From sequence record SRR20825006_689: a DNA stretch of 33,390 bases; one strand, 5' to 3'. The position numbers and the translations under genes are program-made. This document shows positions 18,761 to 26,852 of this stretch, in pieces. The first letter of the stretch is position 1. Every line of letters begins with the position of its first letter. The notes under the pieces were generated by a model. The model ran no database searches, had not been told where the DNA came from, and saw nothing but the letters and a program-made list of their open reading frames with translations.

Positions 18761-21700
18761 TTACTTAACATCTACGGTTGCTTTTTTTAAGACCATTTTT
18801 CTACAAAGCACATAAAACACAGGAGTAAATAGTAATCCGAACAATGTTACTCCCAACATTCCACTAAAAACTGCCGTTCCTAAAGAGCGTCTCATTTCTG
18901 CTCCTGCTCCCGTTGCTGTAACCAAAGGAATTACCCCAAGAATAAAAGCAAAGGCGGTCATTAAAATAGGTCGTAATCTTAACCTTGCAGCCTCTTTTGC
19001 CGCTTCTTGCAAACTATACCCTCTATCTTCAAGTTGCTTTGCAAATTCTACAATTAGAATAGCATTTTTACTAGCTAACCCTACTAGCACAACCAATCCA
19101 ATTTGTGTTAAAATATTATTATCCATTCCCATTATTCCTACTCCAAACATTGCCGATAGTAAACACATAGGCACAATAAGAATTACAGCCAATGGCAATA
19201 CCCAACTTTCATACTGAGCAGCTAATAGTAGAAAAACAAATAAAACGGCCAATGCAAAGGCTATTCCTGCTGTATTACCTGTACTTTTTTGCTGATATGC
19301 AATTTCAGTCCATTCATAATCAATACCATCTGGTAATATCTGCGCTGCTAGTTTTTCCATAGCATCCAAAGATTCTCCAGAACTATGCCCAGGAGTAGTG
19401 TTTCCTGTAAGTGCCAAAGAAGGATATAAATTGTACCGAGGTACACGTGCTGGGCCACAAATATCTTTTAGATCTCCAACAGCACTCAAAGGAATCATAT
19501 TTCCATATTTATTTCGAACTCTAATGTGCTCCAAATCCTCTGGAGTATATCTAAACTCTCCATCGGCTTGAGCGGTTACTCTAAATGTTTTCCCTTGTAG
19601 GTTAAAATCATTTACAAATGCAGAGCCCAAATAAACCTCTAAAGCGCTTGAAACTTCTTCAATTGGGACACCCAGCTTTTGAGCTTTTTCTTTATCGAGA
19701 TCAAAAAATAATTGAGGCGAGCTGGTATTAAAAAATGTAAAGACATTTGTCATTGTCGGATCTTGATTAGCAGCTCCCATAAGCTCATAAGCCGATTTTA
19801 ACAATTGCTCATTGCCTAATCCACCTCTGTCCTGCAACATCAATTTAAATCCACCAGCATTACCAATTCCTCTTACAGGAGGAGGTGGAATAACAATAAC
19901 GTAAGCATCTGTCATCTTACTTAACGAACTAGTTAAAGACTGTTGAATCCCTTCATAGGTAACCCCTTTATCATTACGTTCTTCAAAACTTTCCAATGCA
20001 GTAAAAATTACCCCTGCATTTGATGAATTTGTAAATGTTGCCGCATCAAAACCTGTAAATGCAACCGCGTCTTTTACCCCATCAACTTTAAGTACACTGT
20101 CTATTGCTTTATTTACAACTTTGTCTGTTCTCTCTAGCGAAGAACCTGGAGGTAACTGTATTACAGTAATAAAATATCCTTGATCCTGTTCTGGAATAAA
20201 CCCAGTAGGCACCTTGTAAAAAGCAAAAACAGTTAAAGCTATAAGTCCTAAATACACTAGCATTACTCCTTTTCTTATATTGATAAGTCTTGACGTTAAT
20301 TGTGCGTATTTATTAGATGTCCAATCCATTAACAGATTAAACTTATCAAAGAATTTAGTTATAAAACCTTGTGCTGCAGCATTAGAATGCTTAGGAGAGT
20401 CATCGTGCTTTTTCATTACTTTGGCTGCAATTGCAGGACTTAGTGTAAGCGAAACAAAAACAGAAATCATAGTTGCAACAGCTATGGTTACTCCAAATTG
20501 ACTGTAAAACTGACCACTAATTCCTTTTAAAAATATGGTAGGTAAAAATACAGCAACAAGCACTAGTCCCATTGCTACCAATGCTCCCCCAACTTCATTC
20601 ATTGTTTTTTGAGCAGCTTGTTTTACCCCCATTCCTTCTCTAAGGTTTCGCTCCATATTCTCAACCACCACAATGGCATCGTCTACCACAATTCCTATGG
20701 CTAGCACTAATCCAAACAGTGTTAAACTATTAAGAGAATACCCTAAAGCTTGCATTACGGCAAAAGTTCCAATAAGCGAAACAGGGATTGCAAGGATTGG
20801 TATAATAGCCGCTCTCCATGTTTGTAGGAATAATATAATTACCAATACCACTAAAATTACGGCTTCGTAAATAGTTCCCCCTACTTCGTCGATTGATTGC
20901 TGAATAAACTCCGTTGGGTTGTATGCAATACGATATTCTATCCCCTCTGGAAAATCTTTTGATGCTTCTTTCATGGTATTGATCAAAGCATCTGCTGTTT
21001 CTAACGCATTGGTTCCTGGGCGCTGAAAAACTGGTAAGGCTACAGCAGGATATTTACTTAAATACCCTTTGGTAGCATAGCTTGCCGATCCTAACTCTAC
21101 ACGTCCAATATCTTTAACACGAACTAATGCCCCATCTTCTCCATTTCTAATAATGATATTTTCAAATTCTTCAATTGAATTTAATCTTCCTTGTGTTTGA
21201 ATATTAATTTCAAAAGCGTTTTGGGTAGTTAAAGGTTGCTGATTTAAAGTTCCTCCCGCAATTTGAACATTTTGAGCTCTTAAAGCAGTTAACACCTCAT
21301 TTGGTGTCATGTCCAAATTTGCTATTAAATCTGGATTCAACCAGATTCTCATGGAGTATTGATCGCCTCCAAACATTCTTACAGCTCCAACCCCATCAAT
21401 TCTTGAAAGTTTATCTATAATTTGAAAATTGGCATAATTTGCAAGATATGTTTGGTCATAAGTCTCTTCTGGAGATATTAAATGGATAACCAACATAAGG
21501 TCGGGAGCACTTTTTTGTGTTGTAATTCCCAATCGTCTTACGGGTTCTGGCAATCTAGGTTCTGCAATAGCCACACGATTTTGCACCAATACTTGGGCAT
21601 TATCTACATCTACCCCTTGTTTGAAAGTGATTGTTAATTCCATAACACCATCATTTGTAGCTTGAGATGCCATGTATATCATTCCTTCAACTCCATTAAT

Positions 21701-21910
21701 TTCTTGTTCCAAAGGCGTTGCCACCGTTTTGGAAATCGTTTCTGCGCTAGCTCCAGGATAGGTTGCCCTCACTACCACTGTTGGAGGAGCTACTTCTGGA
21801 TACTGTGAAACAGGTAGCGAAAAATACGCCAATCCACCAACTATCATTAATATAATAGATATCACGATTGACAATATTGGACGCTCTATAAAAGTATGCG
21901 TGAATTTCAT
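18761..21910 (-). CDS. RND multidrug efflux permease (HAE1; MexF/BpeF/OqxB-like)
   Basis: 1049 aa with 'FIERPI', 'LPVSQYPEVAPP', proton-relay motifs 'GIVVDDAIVVVEN', 'ASKNAILIVEFA' and 'RLRPILMT', and 'GFIPEQDQG'. Confidence 0.96.
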   Translation of the reverse strand: MKFTHTFIERPILSIVISIILMIVGGLAYFSLPVSQYPEVAPPTVVVRATYPGASAETISKTVATPLEQEINGVEGMIYMASQATNDGVMELTITFKQGVDVDNAQVLVQNRVAIAEPRLPEPVRRLGITTQKSAPDLMLVIHLISPEETYDQTYLANYANFQIIDKLSRIDGVGAVRMFGGDQYSMRIWLNPDLIANLDMTPNEVLTALRAQNVQIAGGTLNQQPLTTQNAFEINIQTQGRLNSIEEFENIIIRNGEDGALVRVKDIGRVELGSASYATKGYLSKYPAVALPVFQRPGTNALETADALINTMKEASKDFPEGIEYRIAYNPTEFIQQSIDEVGGTIYEAVILVVLVIILFLQTWRAAIIPILAIPVSLIGTFAVMQALGYSLNSLTLFGLVLAIGIVVDDAIVVVENMERNLREGMGVKQAAQKTMNEVGGALVAMGLVLVAVFLPTIFLKGISGQFYSQFGVTIAVATMISVFVSLTLSPAIAAKVMKKHDDSPKHSNAAAQGFITKFFDKFNLLMDWTSNKYAQLTSRLINIRKGVMLVYLGLIALTVFAFYKVPTGFIPEQDQGYFITVIQLPPGSSLERTDKVVNKAIDSVLKVDGVKDAVAFTGFDAATFTNSSNAGVIFTALESFEERNDKGVTYEGIQQSLTSSLSKMTDAYVIVIPPPPVRGIGNAGGFKLMLQDRGGLGNEQLLKSAYELMGAANQDPTMTNVFTFFNTSSPQLFFDLDKEKAQKLGVPIEEVSSALEVYLGSAFVNDFNLQGKTFRVTAQADGEFRYTPEDLEHIRVRNKYGNMIPLSAVGDLKDICGPARVPRYNLYPSLALTGNTTPGHSSGESLDAMEKLAAQILPDGIDYEWTEIAYQQKSTGNTAGIAFALAVLFVFLLLAAQYESWVLPLAVILIVPMCLLSAMFGVGIMGMDNNILTQIGLVVLVGLASKNAILIVEFAKQLEDRGYSLQEAAKEAARLRLRPILMTAFAFILGVIPLVTATGAGAEMRRSLGTAVFSGMLGVTLFGLLFTPVFYVLCRKMVLKKATVDVK

Positions 21911-21943
21911 TTTATTTTCTTTATATTTTTATTGGATTTTGAC

Positions 21944-21991
21944 AAAAAAAGAGCCTCCCTCAAATCAAAAAATATGATAAGAGGCTCTTTT
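21944..21991 (-). terminator. Terminator-like hairpin inside the RND operon
   Basis: AAAAGAGCCTC (21947-21957) / GAGGCTCTTTT (21981-21991) inverted repeat with an inner ATCA/TGAT pair. Minus-strand RNA ends GAGGCUC-UUUUUUU. Confidence 0.65.
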
Positions 21992-22054
21992 ACAGATGAT
22001 TAAAAATTAGCTTTTTAACCATCAAAAAAACAACTACATGAGAGTTATTGAAAT

Positions 22055-23215
22055 TTACTTATAGGCCACACTTTTAGTGTTTTGTTGAATTTTAAAATTA
22101 TCTTCTGAAGGAGCTACCTTCATACCTGGTCTAATTTTTAAAAGATTTCCAGTAACAATTTTATCATCCAAAGTAAGTCCTTCTTTCACTATTCGGTACT
22201 TCATTTTAAAAAGTTTCCCTAGTTTAATAGGCTTAGCATGCACCGTGCTATCTTCAGCAATTACATACACTACTTTATTGGATTGATTGGTACTTATAGC
22301 TTCTTCTGGGATTAAAATTGCTGAGGAATTCCCCTTCATAAGTCGTAGTCTCCCAAACATTCCAGATTCTATTTTTAGATCTTCATTATCAAAAACTGCG
22401 CGCCCTCTAATGGTTCCTGTATTTCTATTAACTTCATTATCAACAAAATCCAGCACCCCTGCTCTGCTATATTCTCCCTCTGTTGAAAGTTTTACTGCTA
22501 CTGGGGTATTAGAATTGCTATTATAATTAACAAAATCGTTTTCACTTCCTTCAAAATAAAAGTGAATAGGATTAATTTTCACAATGGTAGTTAACGGAGT
22601 GGCATTGGCAACACCTCCAGTTACATAATTTCCAGCATCTATAAAGTCGTCACTAATTTTCCCACTAATAGGCGCCTTAATTTCTGTATAGCTCAGATTA
22701 AGTTTAGCCTGCTCTAGCCGTGCATTGGCAGCCATTAATTGCGCCTCTGAAGATTTTGCAATTTGTTTACGTTGTTCTACTTCTTCTAAAGATACCGCAC
22801 GAGAATCTTTAACCGATTCTATTCTGTTGTAATCACTTGTGGTTCGGTTAAGATCGGCTTCGGCTCTTAATTTTTCGGCTTCGGCTTGTTTTAATTCAAT
22901 ATAAAATGGCCTTTGATCGATTACAAAAAGTACTTGTCCTTTTTTTACAATATCCCCATCTTTAAAATTTACCGATTCGATATACCCGTTTACACGTGAA
23001 CGAACCTCAACTCTTTCAGATGCAGCAAAACGCCCAATATATTCGTCCCAATCATCTACAGAGTTTTGAACAGGATGAACAAATGGAGTTGCCATTAATG
23101 CATTCCCTCCATGTTCTGCAGCTTTAGAATCGCTACAAGAATGGATGGCAAATACAAGTACTGCAAGCAAGGGGACTCCAAATACTATTTGTATTAATTT
23201 ACTTCTCTTTTTCAT
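22055..23215 (-). CDS. RND periplasmic adaptor (membrane fusion protein), lipoprotein
   Basis: Lipobox-like 'FAIHSC'; 'VEVRSRVNGYI..VNFKDGDIVKKGQVLFVID', a coiled hairpin, 'LSYTEIKAPISG' and 'FVDNEVNRNTGTIRGRA'. Confidence 0.94.
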   Translation of the reverse strand: MKKRSKLIQIVFGVPLLAVLVFAIHSCSDSKAAEHGGNALMATPFVHPVQNSVDDWDEYIGRFAASERVEVRSRVNGYIESVNFKDGDIVKKGQVLFVIDQRPFYIELKQAEAEKLRAEADLNRTTSDYNRIESVKDSRAVSLEEVEQRKQIAKSSEAQLMAANARLEQAKLNLSYTEIKAPISGKISDDFIDAGNYVTGGVANATPLTTIVKINPIHFYFEGSENDFVNYNSNSNTPVAVKLSTEGEYSRAGVLDFVDNEVNRNTGTIRGRAVFDNEDLKIESGMFGRLRLMKGNSSAILIPEEAISTNQSNKVVYVIAEDSTVHAKPIKLGKLFKMKYRIVKEGLTLDDKIVTGNLLKIRPGMKVAPSEDNFKIQQNTKSVAYK

Positions 23216-23248
23216 TTTTCGGATTTTTTTAGTTGTTTTTAATTATAA

Positions 23249-23263
23249 TTGACCGGTCGTCTA
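23249..23263. promoter_or_regulatory. Candidate TetR operator upstream of the MFP gene
   Basis: TTGACCGGTCGTCTA, 13/15 identical to the site at 23904-23918 and GC-rich against an AT-rich spacer. Confidence 0.75.
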
Positions 23264-23280
23264 TTACTAGTTAAAAAAAA

Positions 23281-23877
23281 TTATTTTAAAATAAGAGTTT
23301 TCAAAAAGTATAAAAAATTGTTTAGTGGATCTGCACATTTGTTTTCTTTCATAGAAGTAAGCATTCCTTTGTAAGCATCTTCTATAAAATCTACAATTTT
23401 AGCGGCGTCTATATTCTTATCAATACTACCGTCTATTTGCGCTTCCTTTACTACATCAACAATTACTTCTCTAGTTTTTTGTTCTTCATGAACAATAGTA
23501 GTTCTAATACTTTCACTATGTTCGGCCATTTCTAAACCTATATTACAACCCATACAACCCAAAGAACAATTTAATTGATCTCTCACTATGGTAACTCTAT
23601 GATTATAATAATTGAATAGCCTTTCTACAGCAGGAATGTTTTCATGACTAAGAACTTCAATAGTAGCTGCCCTTTTTAATGAAAAATACCGTTGCAATGC
23701 ATGAACTGTGAAATCCTCTTTAGATTTAAAATAAAAATAAAAAGACCCTTTCGGAACATCCGCAGCCGATACAATATCGTTTACGCTTGTTCCGTTATAC
23801 CCTTTAGACCATAAAATATTAAGACCTTTGTCTAAAAGGTAATCTGCCTTATCTCTATTTTTAACTGTTGCTGACAA
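23281..23877 (-). CDS. TetR/AcrR-family regulator (NemR/AcuR-like), TTG start
   Basis: HTH 'KGYNGTSVNDIVSAADVPKGSFYFYFKSKEDF' and C-terminal 'GCMGCNIGLEMA'; directly upstream of the RND genes. Confidence 0.93.
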   Translation of the reverse strand: MSATVKNRDKADYLLDKGLNILWSKGYNGTSVNDIVSAADVPKGSFYFYFKSKEDFTVHALQRYFSLKRAATIEVLSHENIPAVERLFNYYNHRVTIVRDQLNCSLGCMGCNIGLEMAEHSESIRTTIVHEEQKTREVIVDVVKEAQIDGSIDKNIDAAKIVDFIEDAYKGMLTSMKENKCADPLNNFLYFLKTLILK

Positions 23878-23896
23878 CTATTCTAATTTGAAGGAG

Positions 23897-23928
23897 CAAA
23901 TATATGACCAGTCGTCTACAAAATCAAA
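23897..23928 (-). promoter_or_regulatory. tetR-RND promoter with a TetR operator in the spacer
   Basis: Minus strand TTTG(23928-23925)-N20-TATATTTG(23904-23897), a perfect TAnnTTTG. The operator ATGACCAGTCGTCTA (23904-23918) occupies the spacer. Confidence 0.8.
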
Positions 23929-24056
23929 TATTGTGATGTTAAATTTATGCAAATAAAAGTAATTTACTGATTATAAGTGTTTTACACCTTAAAACTAAAG
24001 ACTCTTCCCCCTAACTATTTCAATAGAATTAATAAATATTTATAAGATGCCTCAAA

Positions 24057-26756
24057 TTATAGTTTTATTACTATCTCACTTTCTTTTTCTGAAAGAGGGA
24101 TTTTATAAGCTCCATTATCCATTTCAAAAGGAAGATTTACATTTTTATTACTTTGTAAAAAAGCTGTAGGAGTATAATCATTTTTGGGATTTAGATATAG
24201 TCTTACTTCCTTTTCTTTTTCATTATAGTCTACCTTATTAATACTTCCAGCATCTAGAGTAATTAGTAACCCTTCTGGAGCTATAAAAACTTTATTTTTA
24301 GCGGCTGTAGTTAACATCATTTCTACCTTATCTTTATTGCTTTTAATATTTCCACCAAAAGAAACCCAACCAAAATCGGCTGTTTTAGTTAAATAAGAAG
24401 TAGAATTAATAGCATACCCAAAAAACCCAGAACCATAGTCGCCCGACAGGTAATCAATTTCCAAAGTTTGCGGAAACGAATGAAAAGCTGCTGGACCAAA
24501 ACCATCTTTAGTAATATTAGAAATTCCTCCTAACAAACCTCCATATCCCACTTTTAGAAGATGAAAATCGTCTGGAGAATTTTGATACGCTTTTAACACT
24601 GGAATGGCATTTAAAGCCGATCCATAATGATGTATTTGTCGTTCTACTCTCGACAATTTTCCTCCATAAAGAAAATCCCAATACCGCCTTGCATTTCCAT
24701 TATATGCCCAGTGTGGCATGGTAGGCATGTATGCTAGCACTGCATTTAAGGTAATTGCAGCTTTTTCTGTATACCCAAAATAATCGGACCACATAAACAC
24801 TTCTTCTTGCCCCGTTGAATCCCAAGGCATTTCACTTCCGAAGGGATAATTTAATGACTTCCAATGATCGGCACGTTCTTTCATCTTCAATTCTAAATTC
24901 TCGGCTAAATCATTAATTCCTTCCCGTTTTAAATCTTTTAAAACATTCAAAAAAACAGTCCCCTCCATTTGTCCGAATTGTGCATAATACGGAGCTAACT
25001 CTGTCATTGCTATAGCTGTATGATATGCTTGTTTTAAATACCAATCCCACGGCTTATTTTCCACTAAACCTGTATGATATCGAGCCAAACGATACATTAC
25101 CCAATAAGCAGCTGTTACATGCGGATAATTATACGATCTCCCAGGATCGTTAGCGTGTTTATGATTCCAAGCAGCCCATGTTTTATAATTAATGGTATCA
25201 TTATAAGTTCCTTTAGGCATGCTATCTGGTTCATAATAGAAAACACTTTTTTTAACTCCATATTTATTTTCACCCTCTGCATATTGTATAGTACCCCATA
25301 AAGTTTTATGTACAAATTCTGATAGTTTGTCTATTTCCTCCTTATCTGGTTGTACATACTGCTTCATCATTGCTGCCAACCAGCTTCCAGCTCCCCCCTC
25401 GTCGCTCAAGCCTGCAATCCATGCTCGGCTATCTTGACTTACTTGCTTTTTTGCTTCATAATCATAAGATATTACCGAAGGATTACGATTAAAAGGATCT
25501 TCTTCATTGTCAAACCACTGCTCAGTTGTTAAAAAATGACCAAAATCTGCTATTACTTCCGCTTCCGACTTAATTATTTTATAATTTATAGTTTGCTGTT
25601 TTCCATCCTCATAATCAATAGTTATACGAGCTCTACCCCATTGTTGTCCATTGACTTGATATGCAACATAACCACTTTTTAATTGCTGCTTTTTTTCAAT
25701 AGAAATTGCTCCCTGAGGCTCAACTGCTATATTTTTTATTTTTGAAGAATTTTTAATGAATAATTGTCCGTTTACATTCTTTGGCAACACATATCCTGGG
25801 ACACCAACAGCTGTTGGCATTTTATGATCGATAAGAGATTGTTGAACATTTTTAATGCTTTTTGCCAATACAAATTTTACCGCAAAGTCTTTTTCTTCAT
25901 CTGGTTTTAACAGTATCGATGTGGGCTTATTCCATTGCTGTACACCTTTCCATTGATTCTCTGCATAGGCTTTACTCAAAGACATCCATTCATGAAATCC
26001 TTCAAAAACTATGCTTCTTCGAGTGGGGTCGTCCAACAAAGGTCTGTATGCCTCAAAAGGCATATTCTCTTCGGGGAGTACCAATAAAGCGGAACCTTTT
26101 CCGCTTAAATGCTTAACTTCCAAATACCCTGCATCCATTCCAATATAAGGGTCGAAAAACACATTATCTGCATGAGCTTCATCTAATGATTTTCCTTCTA
26201 AAATATTATTGAAAATCATTGGAACTCCCAAAGCTCCAATTTCCAATGGCGCATCACTTGTATTTTTTAAGACAAAACGCAGTATTAAATTCCCGTTATC
26301 CTCTTCATAATAACGTTTAATATTTACAGGAAGTTCTTCCGGAAAAGTATTGGTCATATCCGAAGCCATTAAAACATTTCCTTTAACAGAAAGTTTTTCC
26401 ACAGGCTTTCTTTTGTAAGCTGATGAATAATTTACCCAATCTCCTTGTGTATTTTTCAGCGTTAAATTAAGATCTCCAAGATGATATAAACTGTCCTTAT
26501 CTCGAATTTCTAATCTTTCCCCGGGAGTAAAATCAAAATTGGCATCTGCTACAGGATATAAACCAGCTACTGTTTGTGAAGTTTTTACCAATTTTAAATT
26601 AAATTCTGATGTTTTTACTTCTATAAAACCATTTTCTAATCCTAGGCTAGAAGGCTTCTTGACAATATTATTCCAATATTCCTGAGAATGTCCTTCAAAA
26701 GAAAAAAATACTAATAATAAGAGAATAAAATTATATTGTGAACGAGGGTTTATCAT
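24057..26756 (-). CDS. Secreted DUF5695-like protein, putative glycoside hydrolase of unknown specificity
   Basis: Signal peptide, 899 aa. Motifs 'GLSDEGGAG', 'RSYNYPHV', 'GQMEGTVF', 'PFGSEMPWDSTGQEE', 'WAYNGNARRYWDF' and 'ERQIHHYGS' are recognised from memory as DUF5695. The aromatic/acidic-rich C-terminal half suggests an (alpha/alpha)6 GH. Confidence 0.72.
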   Translation of the reverse strand: MINPRSQYNFILLLLVFFSFEGHSQEYWNNIVKKPSSLGLENGFIEVKTSEFNLKLVKTSQTVAGLYPVADANFDFTPGERLEIRDKDSLYHLGDLNLTLKNTQGDWVNYSSAYKRKPVEKLSVKGNVLMASDMTNTFPEELPVNIKRYYEEDNGNLILRFVLKNTSDAPLEIGALGVPMIFNNILEGKSLDEAHADNVFFDPYIGMDAGYLEVKHLSGKGSALLVLPEENMPFEAYRPLLDDPTRRSIVFEGFHEWMSLSKAYAENQWKGVQQWNKPTSILLKPDEEKDFAVKFVLAKSIKNVQQSLIDHKMPTAVGVPGYVLPKNVNGQLFIKNSSKIKNIAVEPQGAISIEKKQQLKSGYVAYQVNGQQWGRARITIDYEDGKQQTINYKIIKSEAEVIADFGHFLTTEQWFDNEEDPFNRNPSVISYDYEAKKQVSQDSRAWIAGLSDEGGAGSWLAAMMKQYVQPDKEEIDKLSEFVHKTLWGTIQYAEGENKYGVKKSVFYYEPDSMPKGTYNDTINYKTWAAWNHKHANDPGRSYNYPHVTAAYWVMYRLARYHTGLVENKPWDWYLKQAYHTAIAMTELAPYYAQFGQMEGTVFLNVLKDLKREGINDLAENLELKMKERADHWKSLNYPFGSEMPWDSTGQEEVFMWSDYFGYTEKAAITLNAVLAYMPTMPHWAYNGNARRYWDFLYGGKLSRVERQIHHYGSALNAIPVLKAYQNSPDDFHLLKVGYGGLLGGISNITKDGFGPAAFHSFPQTLEIDYLSGDYGSGFFGYAINSTSYLTKTADFGWVSFGGNIKSNKDKVEMMLTTAAKNKVFIAPEGLLITLDAGSINKVDYNEKEKEVRLYLNPKNDYTPTAFLQSNKNVNLPFEMDNGAYKIPLSEKESEIVIKL

Positions 26757-26852
26757 TTGTTTATGCGTTTGGTTAATGTATTATAAAACATACATAGCTA
26801 TGAGTTCTTTGGGTATTTAAGTTCTTGCTCTACCCTAATTATAAATTTCAGG

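Noticed and set aside
18751-18771. Upstream ATG for the outer-membrane factor (MLSKKIK)
   Set aside because: It overlaps the permease stop. The ATG at 18750 follows an A-rich leader typical of Bacteroidota and gives a normal signal peptide.
26793-26835. CATAGCTATG palindrome and GGGTA/TACCC pair between GH146 and DUF5695
   Set aside because: Stems are too short and there is no U-tract; not distinguishable from chance.
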